Source: Laetmonice hystrix (taxonomy: Eukaryota). Taken from it: a stretch of DNA of 64,000 nt. Location of the stretch: NCBI GenBank assembly GCA_965235115.1, contig OZ249445.1:744001-808000 (forward strand), given 5' to 3'. Position numbers and translations under genes: made by a program. Shown one piece after another: positions 13,001-23,800 of the stretch; within the stretch, counting starts at the first letter, position 1, and every line of letters begins with the position of its first letter. Under the pieces are notes generated by a model that had not been told where the DNA came from, did no database searches, and worked only from the letters and a program-made list of their open reading frames with translations.

Positions 13001-14793
13001 TTTAGGTAAGACCTTATGATGTTAGTGGGTGCCTGAACACTTGTACTCTCAAACTGACAAACCACACAGGTCTATCTATTAAATACAACCGTAGGAATCA
13101 TGTTAAACATGTATACACCAAAATATCACACAATATCAATCCATAACTCACCTGTTTGACGTACTGTTCTAAACTGCCCTGGAAGAATCGTGTATCTTCT
13201 CCTGACATGATCTCCGTCTCAAAAAGTAAACCTTCAACAGTTCACAATTATTAAATATTATAGGGTAACTCCTTGGACAAACCAGCCCCTATAGATCATG
13301 TTTTCTTACACATGTACACAACATCCATATTAAAAGCTATAATTACCACTCCTAGTGTTGATCTTAATTACATTTTCCCACCCGCCATTATTCCCGAGAG
13401 GAAAGCCCTCAATGTACCAGAGGCTACCAGTGCTGACCTCTGGTGGTGCCCAGTAGAATCTCTCCAGTGGAGGTGTCACTTGTATTTTGGGTGTTCCATC
13501 CTACAGCACTGATTTGATGACCCTGAAAGAACACCCTACGATTACATCGGATGGCTACATGATTTGATACCAGCAACTTAGGTATACCAATTCTAGGAAA
13601 GTTCACTTTGAAAAATTATAAAAAAGGGGGTCTCACCTTCAGCTTTCCAAGGGGACGAGGCTTCTTGGAGTTACGCGACAAGTAATAGTTTTCACAGGAG
13701 AGCATGCTGACAATGAGATGTCGCCCAGTGGGGTCTTGGTACACTTTGTATATGCGATCATCTAATGCTTTTGGAATCTCCACTTCTGCCAGATAAAAAT
13801 AAATAACACATTTGTCTGTCAAGAGCCATGGTTATCTAACATCCCCCAAGACTGAAAATAATATTCCTAAATGATGAAATTTAGAATTACAACTTTTTCT
13901 GTTAGTGAATATTCTCACAAGAGTAAAGTATGATATGATTTCTTATTCATAGAATAAAATATTCCTTTGCAAAAGACTTAGTCCTGTAATATCCATGACT
14001 TAGTCCCGTGATATCCAGATGAAATAATCTAATATTTACCATCTGGTTGATCTGGATGTTCAAGGTCAAACCGAAGCAACATATTGCTGCTCATTGCCAT
14101 TACCAGAAAGTTATTACAGGCAACAAGGTGCGTGATAGAATCCTTTGGGCTGAAAGTAAACAAAGAAAACATTTGGTACTACTGGCATGGGTTTACAAGG
14201 ATAAAACAAGTCAAAACTGGATTGTAACATTTCTAACATTTATCTTTCTTCAAGATCTATGAATGGGATTATTATTACGATAATATCAACTGTAATAGTT
14301 TAGTCATTCAAAAAAAAAAATAATGCCTTCAGTTCAAGAACTTTCTGCACATCTTTATCTAAAAGGGTTTATACACTTTCATTCATCTGGCCTATGACCT
14401 ACGTGAAATTAATTCTTTGCTTGTTGAAGACCGGTGTATCGTCCTCCAACCTGGCATTGATGAAACCTGTGGCAATCTGTTTGAAAGTACAGGACACAAG
14501 AGAATTCTTGAATTTTTAAGTTGGTAAAATATCTTAAAATCAACACGATGATTTATAACATGGATGGATGCTCTAAAGTCTGTCTGTTACTTTTGGTCTG
14601 TGTGATACTATGTCAAATTGCTTGGGATATGCCAAGAAATGAAAATTCTCAATCAGGTGAACTTATAAGTAGAAAAAAATTAAATAATTTAAAACACTGG
14701 TACACTTACAGGTTCGGGCATTGCATGCTGTTGGGGCATGGCCATCCCTGAGCGTGAAGACGCCTGCTCATACTGATCCAAGATAGACGCCAT
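3958..14793 (-). CDS. VPS18: Vacuolar protein sorting 18 (HOPS/CORVET core, C-terminal RING), ~980 aa, 26 coding exons
   Basis: Exons (minus): 14793-14710, 14476-14403, 14149-14040, 13785-13637, 13522-13438, 13231-13152, 11520-11408, 11244-11156, 10996-10898, 10698-10530, 10066-10006, 9741-9638, 8769-8709, 8558-8494, 8264-8129, 8030-7878, 7731-7638, 7193-6964, 6617-6480, 6311-6180, 6061-5980, 5676-5427, 5196-5079, 4964-4821, 4373-4315, 4021-3958; phases consistent, 2943 nt. Starts MASILDQYEQ; contains AIHNYLLSLYA, LPFFPDFVTIDHFKDAIC and RING CSTCGFPL..FPCMHRFHSDC; ends SIDKPFIDPDEYSDVMKTWL*. Confidence 0.96.
5832..5990. repeat. ~80-bp duplication that includes a VPS18 splice donor
   Basis: CTGCAGATAG|GTGAGTGTTGTGTGG occurs at the real donor (5980/5979) and again one unit (~80 bp) into the intron. 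Confidence 0.85.
6583..6862. repeat. 58-bp tandem repeat x5 containing a VPS18 splice acceptor and exon start
   Basis: Minus unit GGTGTGGTTTTRTAG|GGTAACGAAGCCATCCGGTACCTCGAG...; the functional copy is the last in transcript order (exon starts 6617). Confidence 0.93.
7308..7476. repeat. 28-bp tandem repeat x6, VPS18 intron
   Basis: Unit CAGCGATTGTTTACACATGGTCGCAGGT. Confidence 0.92.
8928..9664. repeat. 44-bp tandem repeat (~17 copies) containing a VPS18 exon end and splice donor
   Basis: Minus unit AAGTACAAGGTTGTCCGTGAGTCCAG|GTAGGTGATAATGATATC; the real donor is the first copy (9638/9637). Confidence 0.95.
10090..10340. repeat. 33-bp tandem repeat (~7.5 copies), VPS18 intron
   Basis: Unit GTATACCATAGCTGTAAATATGTTCTCTTCATC. 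On minus each copy carries TTTACAG. The array ends ~22 bp before the real acceptor. Confidence 0.93.
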
Positions 14794-15337
14794 TTTGAGC
14801 TGACTTTCAACAGCTATATTCTGTGAACCGTAAACATGGATGGAATGACAGACACGATTTATTAGCTCTCATGGTGTCTTTTTTTTAATGCTTCACCGAG
14901 GAGATAATTTTCTGAACTTGTAGAAAGCAGAAAGATGTAATACTTTTAATATGTATTCCAGTGTGAGCCCCCACCCCCTCCCCCCGCCCCCGGCCTGGCA
15001 ACTAATAATTTTTTTAGCTATTTTATGTCCTACAAATTTCAATAAATCAGACACAACACATTACCCATTCTCACACACACGTACATCTAATTCTATATAT
15101 AACATAGGAGCAGGAGGTATGCATTTTTAAATTCCTGCAAAGAGGACCCCCCCCCCTCCCCCTTCCCAATCCCCCACCACTGTGGCGGTCGCTGAGTCAG
15201 GCCCAGGTGGCGGAGACACACCCCCGCCCCAGGCCGTGGTCGGCGGCCGCGCACTCTGTCACGCCCCACTCGGCCTCGGTCGGCGGGGCATCGCCATCTT
15301 CCGCATAGCTGAAGAAACATGATGAAATTATACTTGC

Positions 15338-15786
15338 CTTCTTCACGAGTTGGCTTTTTGGCTTGACGGTTTTATTTGAGCGACTATAAACATCGCATTT
15401 ACATTTTATTTGAGGAGGAAAGGGTCCTCCCGTCCTCCTCGAATTTACCGGATGTGACTGGTGTCATGCTGAAATATTGTCGATTGTCCTTGCTACGGAA
15501 GATGCAACCGTCAGCCACTAGGTGTCGCCATAGTCCGGACCAATCCTCCCGTGTGATGGTAATCGTGGTACGTGTAGCACATGTAGTAAAGTCATTGCTG
15601 CACCTGCAGTTCTCATTCTGCAAATTTAAAATAATTACTAATTATTCTTATTTTATGATGTTATGTCCAAATTTTCTAACGATAAAAATCTTAGAGAAGT
15701 GACGAACGGCGCGAATGCTAACTTTTGTCTTGTACGTTCTGTAATCTCGAAATAATCGCGCAGTTGTTATGATCATCGGTACAGCC
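15338..15786. promoter_or_regulatory. Bidirectional promoter region between VPS18 and TMEM101
   Basis: The two ATGs diverge about 1 kb apart (14793 minus, 15787 plus). The interval is CpG-rich. The VPS18 ATG exon is preceded by an acceptor, implying a non-coding first exon in this interval. CTCF-like GCCACTAGGTGTCGCC at 15514-15529. Confidence 0.6.
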
Positions 15787-18700
15787 ATGGCGGTCGACTG
15801 GAAGAAACTCGTGCGAACAGTGTCTCTATTCTTGGTGGCTCGCTATCCTTTCGTGAATGGCCTGACGTTCCTGTTGCTCCTTGGGGAGCGTGCCAAACGA
15901 GAAAGGTGGGACGATTATTGAACCTTTAATATTTATGCCCTCAAACTCAGTCGGGGATCCAGGAGGGTCACGAACCCGACCCCCCCCCCCCCCACGGCCA
16001 CAGTGACAGTGCCAGTGGCACTGCGATAAGTGATAACTTCATCGCAAAATTTGCCACAAATTTCAGTTTCAGTGTCTAAGTTGTTCTCTCTTTTTTTTAT
16101 ATGACTGTGAGTAGACTCTAATATAACTTTCTGAATTAAGGTTGTTGCCCCCCCCCCCCCCCACTAGTATTAGCATAAATAATATCCCTTGGGACCCCCC
16201 CCCCCCTCCTCCCCTACCTACCACACAAGGTACAACATTCAAGAGTTTATTGGAAACTGTCTGTATCAACAAAAACTATGGTCAAGACGGGGGGGGGCAC
16301 GTTGATCTGACGTCCTGTGACGATTCGTTACAATGTTTCCTTTGCTCTGTTACTTTCAGTTATCCTGCGTTGATCTGACGTCGTGTGCAGAGTATGTGAA
16401 CACCGTGGGACCGACGGCCCGAGACCCGCTAAAAACCCGTCGGTCCGACAGACCTTCCCATTTAGCAGGCCCGATTGTCCCGCACACATTTGGCTGTTAT
16501 GTACCTGACCCCCCCCCCCCCCCCAGAAGGCAGAAGAAGACGACTCGGGGAGTGAAACTGAAATGGACGAGGCATCCATTGAGGAGAAGCTGCTCCACTA
16601 CATGCAATAGACTCCACTACACTGTCCTTTAGCCAACCAGAGCACAGATATACACACTGGATATACATTTTAGATTTATTTATAGGCCTACATTTATTCT
16701 ATTGCACCTGGTAATGACACCAGCATAATAAAGACGTGTTATATTCATGAGCATGCGTTTTTCAACTTTTTGTGTAATTTTAGAAAAGTGACGTATTTCA
16801 GTAGGTCAGACAGAACTCTGATAGGTCCCCCAGACTTGTTACTTCTGCAGGACCGCAGGTCCTGTAGAAATTTTGGCACTTTCACATACTCTGCGTGTGA
16901 CGGTTCGTTACAATGTTTCCTTTGCTCTGTTACTTTCAGTTATCCCACGTTGATCTGACGTCCTGTGACGATTCATTACAATGTTTCCTTTGCTCTGTTA
17001 CTTTCAGTTATCCCACGTTGATCTGACGTCCTGTGACGGTTCGTTACAATGTTTCCTTTGCTCTGTTACTTTCAGTTATCACAATGTTTCCTTTGCTCTG
17101 TTACTTTCAGTTATCCCGCGTTGATCTGACGTCCTGTGACGATTCGTTACAATGTTTCCTTTGCTCTGTTACTTTCAGTTATCCCGCGTTGATCTGACGT
17201 CCTGTGACGATTCGTTACAATGTTTCCTTTGCTCTGTTACTTTCAGTTATCCTGCGTTGATCTGACGTCGTGTGACGGTTCGTTACAATGTTTCCTTTGC
17301 TGTGTTACTTTCAGTTATCCCGCGTTGATCTGACGTCCTGTGACGGTTCGTTACAATGTTTCCTTTGCTCTGTTACTTTCAGTTATCACAATGTTTCCTT
17401 TGCTCTGTTACTTTCAGTTATCCCGCGTTGATCTGACGTCCTGTGACGATTCGTTACAATGTTTCCTTTGCTCTGTTACTTTCAGTTATCCCGCGTTGAT
17501 CTGACGTCGTGTGACGGTTCGTTACAATGTTTCCTTTGCTCTGTTACTTTCAGTTATCCCACGTTGATCTGACGTCCTGTGACGATTCATTACAATGTTT
17601 CCTTTGCTCTGTTACTTTCAGTTATCCCACGTTGATCTGACGTCCTGTGACGGTTCGTTACAATGTTTCCTTTGCTCTGTTACTTTCAGTTATCACAATG
17701 TTTCCTTTGCTCTGTTACTTTCAGTTATCCCGCGTTGATCTGACGTCCTGTGACGATTCGTTACAATGTTTCCTTTGCTCTGTTACTTTCAGTTATCCCG
17801 CGTTGATCTGACGTCCTGTGACGATTCGTTACAATGTTTCCTTTGCTCTGTTACTTTCAGTTATCCTGCGTTGATCTGACGTCGTGTGACGGTTCGTTAC
17901 AATGTTTCCTTTGCTCTGTTACTTTCAGTTATCCCGCGTTGATCTGACGTCCTGTGACGGTTCGTTACAATGTTTCCTTTGCTCTGTTACTTTCAGTTAT
18001 CACAATGTTTCCTTTGCTCTGTTACTTTCAGTTATCCCGCGTTGATCTGACGTCCTGTGACGATTCGTTACAATGTTTCCTTTGCTCTGTTACTTTCAGT
18101 TATCCCGCGTTGATCTGACGTCGTGTGACGGTTCGTTACAATGTTTCCTTTGCTCTGTTACTTTCAGTTATCCCGCGTTGATCTGACGTCCTGTGACGAT
18201 TCATTACAATGTTTCCTTTGCTCTGTTACTTTCAGTTATCACAATGTTTCCTTTGCTCTGTTACTTTCAGTTATCCCTTCATGGAGCCTAACCTCGTGTA
18301 TGGCCACGTCATCGTCTTCATCCTCTGTGGTGTTTGCATGGGTTTCAACTTCAGACGGAAGGAAACCGCATTGATTACAACGGGACAACTTCTCTACCTG
18401 GCTTTTAATATCTACGTCAATGAGAAACTCAATTACCGGCGTTGGGTTACAGTATGTATTCAATTATTTATTTGATCACTAATTTAAAAATTTATAAATT
18501 AAAATCAACTTATAACAAACAAAACGACAACTATAATAGCTTTAAATAATGCTGAAAAAACTGCGTTCCCTTTTCAGAACCGAATTGCAAGCAGGCTTGT
18601 GGGAGTAGCTGGAATCATGATGCTGTATGCTTACTTTACAATGCCAAAACCTCGGCAGGCACAACTACGTCGACTTGGAGAAACTCTCGTTGGCTTGTGG

Positions 18701-19045
18701 TTGATTTGTGCAACGTACATGCTGGTCGAATCAGCAGAAGATCGGTCAGCATTTACAAGTCATATTCCAGGAGGTACTGGCGCCCTCTATCTGTGGGTGG
18801 TTGTACTTGGAACATGCGCTCTGTGCTTCCTTCCCGGCATGTTTGTGTATGATGTGAGCCAAATTTTGGTCGTAGTTCTCTCAATCTCAACAGTCATGGT
18901 GGACTGTGACGTCAACTACTGGACAAAGCGAAGAGGCCTAGACTTCTGGAATCAGATACGATTAACTGCTGATCTATTTTGTATCATCTTGGGACTCTGC
19001 ATGTATCTTACATGTTTTAAGTCGAGAGAAAGGAAGACAGAGTAA
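15787..19045 (+). CDS. TMEM101: Transmembrane protein 101-like (255 aa), 3 exons
   Basis: join(15787-15905,18271-18451,18578-19045), 768 nt open. KPRQAQLRRLGETLVGLWLICATYMLVESAEDRSAFTSHIPGG and DCDVNYWTKRRGLDFWNQIRL match TMEM101 motifs as recalled. AATAAA at 19121. Confidence 0.88.
16301..18277. repeat. 68/35-bp minisatellite with a 614-bp higher-order period, containing the TMEM101 exon-2 acceptor
   Basis: Long unit GTTACAATGTTTCCTTTGCTCTGTTACTTTCAG|TTATCCCGCGTTGATCTGACGTCCTGTGACGATTC, plus 35-bp short units. The variant GATTCATTAC recurs at 16971, 17585 and 18199 (614 = 8x68 + 2x35). Interrupted by an insertion at 16388-16893. Confidence 0.95.
16388..16893. mobile_element. Non-autonomous DNA transposon (506 bp; 13-bp TIR, 6-bp TSD), possibly hAT-related
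   Basis: Perfect TIR CAGAGTATGTGAA / TTCACATACTCTG; flanked by CGTGTG on both sides (16382-16387, 16894-16899); splits the 68-bp array. Confidence 0.8.
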
Positions 19046-20895
19046 CTCATTCATATTAATATTTTTCAAGTTCTATCAGCATTTCAGTTTTACAATGAAC
19101 TTTTTTACGACTGCCTGAACAATAAACCACGTTCTAATGAAAATTTACATCTTGTTATTCTAGAGACAAAAGGACTTGATTATTGGAGCATTTCCGCTGC
19201 ATTAAGCCCAGATTATTTCAGATAAATTCGGAAAAAAGTAATTAAAAAAAGTATACAATGTCGAGGCAGAAGATTTGCTTCCCTTTCAGTCACGAGAGTA
19301 GCTGCTACACTCATCCCCACATCCGAATCAACTTGGACAGTTATTTTTTCAATCCTCTATAGTCCCCCCCCCTCCCCAACAATGGAACCAAGCTAATAAA
19401 GGGTTCGACTGACGCTGGGAATAAAACAAGACATCATATTTATTTATCCACTTTTAATGCAAGCAGTTGTGGTCAAGTTATACATGCATTTACGGACATC
19501 ACGTGATCGCAACAGCCAATTTGTCAGTCCGAGCCACCATGTGGCTTGTCCGCAGACTGGTGGAAATGTAGAACCAGGCAAATATTCGCCCTTATACAAC
19601 CTACGTCAGAGACGTGGGGTACGGCAAACGTTGCGACAAAACAACAACATCAGACTGTGAGTGTCTCACTAACATGACGGATAACATGGCTTTTGTAGGT
19701 GCTGCTATGCTGGTGCCATCTAGTGTTCAAATAAGGCGACACGAAAAATTTCACAAAGATCTACATTCAAATTGAGAAACTTAGAAAATATCACATAGTC
19801 TTCGACCGACGGCCAAGTAACCCCATATTTTTCATTCATTTGAAATTTCTTTCATATATAATACACCAATGTATGTGAGCAGTGCATGAGCTTGACTTAC
19901 AAAATTCAGGGGTTACTTTGCAGTACTTAAAAACCCACAGGGTAAAGCGGAGAAAAATTCTAATGCTATGCAAATAAGATGGTGTCACCCCACCTCAGTG
20001 ACCTAAAGCTGACAAATTACGTTGTTATTCTTTGCCAGCCCAGGTGTTGTCTTATTACCATGTTACCCCGAACCCTGCCCCCATCCCTTACTCTTTATTT
20101 GTATTTTCTATTCCAATTTCTTTCATCCTGACCCAAGTAGTGTCCGTTTTTATTGATTCAAGCCCCAGCCCATTATTTTGAACAGTCCTTGCCCCTCCTA
20201 CAATTTGTTCACGTTCTGCGACGAAGCCTGTCGACATTTACACGCAGGTTAAGTTAAAAAGCTCTGCAAACATGCGCTGAAGCCAATTAACACCCAGCAT
20301 TGCCCCAATGACAGTAAATCAGTGAGAATCTTGTCTTTACTCCCGTATATTTACACATAATTAACAGCTTGACAGGAAAGAGATGGGGGACGGGAGGGGC
20401 ACATAAAATAATAATCAAGATCTCTGCAAAAATACTATCATTATCATTATTACTCTGCCTTGCACAAACATGCACTCAGGATGTGATATCAAAAATAGTC
20501 GTCGCCCTTTCGTCCCCCTCTGATCTACTCAACGACACAGAACAACTCGAGAGGAGTCCATTACTGTAACCTAGCAACCACTAGCATGTCGCCAGTCCTT
20601 GCCTCTCCACTATTTGTCTTCCTTCACCATTCACAATTATACCAATCATAAACATAAGACTGTGTACTATCACAATATATGTACAGTATGTAAGTGGAGG
20701 GTCTTGCAATTTTTTGCAGGTCCTAACTCGGCTTGTTGCGACCTTCGTCCATGTGAATGTGTCACTCACTGAGTTTTGTGAATTTGACATAATTCTCCCA
20801 TCCTGAAGTAGGTCTACGTGGCATGGTAGGGGTAAGCAACACCTGGCCGGATCGCTAGTGTGTATCTGAGAACAAGTTCCTATAACCAGCACAAG

Positions 20896-23800
20896 TTACT
20901 GTTGTTTACAATCGGCCGGTTTTTGCTGACCCGTCTGAAACAGTAATAAAAACATACGGTTACATTCAGGTCACAACGTCCCATATTTTGTTCTTGGCAA
21001 TTTGTAAAAAACATGGCAGACTGATAAAAGGTGTGCACATGCAGGCAAATGCTGATCTGCCAACTAGAGTAGTATTTTTAAGTAATATATTATTCCACAT
21101 TCCTGCTGCATACAAGAAACTACAAGAACAATCGACTACTTTGATGCATCAGTTTTCGTTTTCGGCAAGTTATGACATTCTAGTCTGGCTCCTTTTCCTA
21201 TTATCAATCGGGGTTTTGTTTGAGAAGAGAAGTAATAGAACTGCAATATTTACAGTGGTACTCATAAAAAATGGAGAAATAAACATTTAATAAATCCAAA
21301 GTGAAAACCTCAATAACCTGGAACAACTAATACATGATAGCTCTGGTAGCAGCAAAATATTCATAACTCATCAATAACAGAGCAAGTAGTCAACACAAGG
21401 TTTGAAGTCCCTTTACCCCGAGTTGATACAGATGTATTGTGGTGGCCAAGTTCAATCAATTCTAGATGCGGATTACCCTAAACATACAGTCCTAAACACA
21501 GAAACCTCAGTGAAAAATTGTGCTCGCGTTACATCACCTCATGCAATTTCCTTTTACCATCAGTCCACACCAGGCTCCTAAAAATATTTAAATTTCTAAG
21601 GTCACCCAGAAAAATACTGCAAAAAGCTTCTCACAGAGCACCAAATTCTTTCATGTAACTGAACTGAACTAAGGGTGTACCATTCCAATCTAAGTACTAC
21701 CCTACATCATTAACCAAACCAAAGAGGTGGTGTATTACAAAGATTCCACACAGGTGGCAGTAATTCATACCGCGGGCACGAAGTCTGCGTCGTTATCCTC
21801 ATCATAATCTCCCTCGTCATCGTCTCCCTGCAACCATCAATCTCACGTCAGTCTCACATCAAACATTGAAAATTATTAGGGCAAAGTAATCACATCAATT
21901 CAGGTATAATACATCAATAAATTACTGCTTGAAAAATCAAATACGGAACTAATACTGCATGTACCATACTCTACTCTATGTGTACTGTATGTGCACTGTA
22001 ATACTGGATGTACTGTACGTGTACTGTACTCTATGTGTATTGTATGTGTACTGTACTCTATGTGTACTGTAATACTGGATGTACTGTACGTGTACTGTAC
22101 TCTATGTGTATTGTATGTGTACTGTACTCTATGTGTACTGTATTACTGGATGTACTGTACGTGTACTGTACTCTATATGTGTACTGTATCTGTACTGTAC
22201 TGTATGTGTACTGTAATACTGGATGTACTGTACGTGTACTGTACTCTATATGTGTACTGTATCTGTACTGTAATACTGGATGTACTGTACTCTATGTGTA
22301 CTGTATTACTGGATGTACTGTACGTGTACTGTACTCTATATGTGTACTGTACTGTATACCCTACTTACCTCCTCTTCTCCTTCTTCATCATACTGAAACC
22401 CAGAACAGAATAACCTATTTAACACTGAGCAGATGACAAAACCTCAATCTTTGCATCAAAATTTTAGCCCTGACTGGGAAGAGTTGCATCACTCTATGTA
22501 AATTCATCCCCATACAAAAATCCAGTAGTATTCAAGTGTATAAAGAATGTTCTTACATCATCATCTTCCAATGCCTCGCCAGTGAAGTAGAGTACTGCCC
22601 GCGGGACAATGCGCTCACGGATAAAGTGACCAATTTCAAAGTCAGCAGCAAGCAGTGCCTCCGTATCCTCGTCTGGTTCCTCACCTTCAGGCACTTCAAT
22701 AAAACACGGGTCAACATATCAATACCAGCAACACAACCAGCAACTTATATCAATATCATTACATCGTTACAATTCAACTTTCTGTTTTGTGATGAGTGAT
22801 TTAATGATGGGTTTATACATTTTGTACATGTACACAACTTCTAAACTGTTAAATAGCACCCTCCTTACGACCTGGGCAAAGTCGGCCCGCAAACCTACCT
22901 TCTGGCGGGGAGAAAAAGTTGAAGAAGGAGTCATTTTGAACAGTTTTGGTGACCGTACGCTTTGTCCCACTTCCCTTGTGTTTCTGAACCTTTTTTATCA
23001 CCTTCACAGTCACGTTCTTTCCCTTCTTCCAATCAATAGCACATCTACAATTAACAAATCACAAATTTAGGACAAAGATGAACATTTCAACACATCATTC
23101 CAACTGTAATACGACGATCAATTCAGGTTGACGCGAGACTTTCTGACACACGTATAGAGTGCAGTTGACAGAGCTCAGTCAAGGCATAATAAAGATGATT
23201 TCATTCCCTCTCTCGGTCAAAGGTGTCCTAAGATTTGCATCACTGCTCGTCACTGCACTTGAAACATCTTACATGGTTGTTCTATTTCATTTACTGAACA
23301 AGTCGATGCGTAAACCATGTGTATTTGATTAAAAAAACAAAATTCAATTCTTTAACCGTTAATTTGTTCAATCTTATCATACAATCTGACGCCTTTAAAA
23401 CATCCTTGACAGTGCTGCTAAGATAAATTATATATTCTTTATTTGTTTTAAACGCTAAAGGGAAGGTGACGAGAGAAGACATAGCTCAGTAAACATCAAT
23501 TTCACACCCTCTATGGGTCAATGGTGTCCTAAGTGTTCATCATTGCTTCTCGTTCTCGTAAAGTAAAGCCAGCAGCAAAATTTACTTGAGATATGGAAAA
23601 ATATTTATAATGACTTATCTTATCAGTATCGGGCCTGATGGCAATTAAGCCCCCCCCCACACACACACACACCAACCATCCCTATCGGGTGGAGGTGACC
23701 CAGACATCATCAGTAACAAAAATGAAATCCACCATACATTACAAAGAGGCAGGTAATATGGCTCAGTCAAGGCGAAATGTAGATTTCATTCCTTCAATAT

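Noticed and set aside
21503-21545. Short C/D-like box pairs in other NAP1L introns (also 25949-25980)
   Set aside because: Boxes are only ~30 nt apart with no closing stem; too short for a snoRNA.
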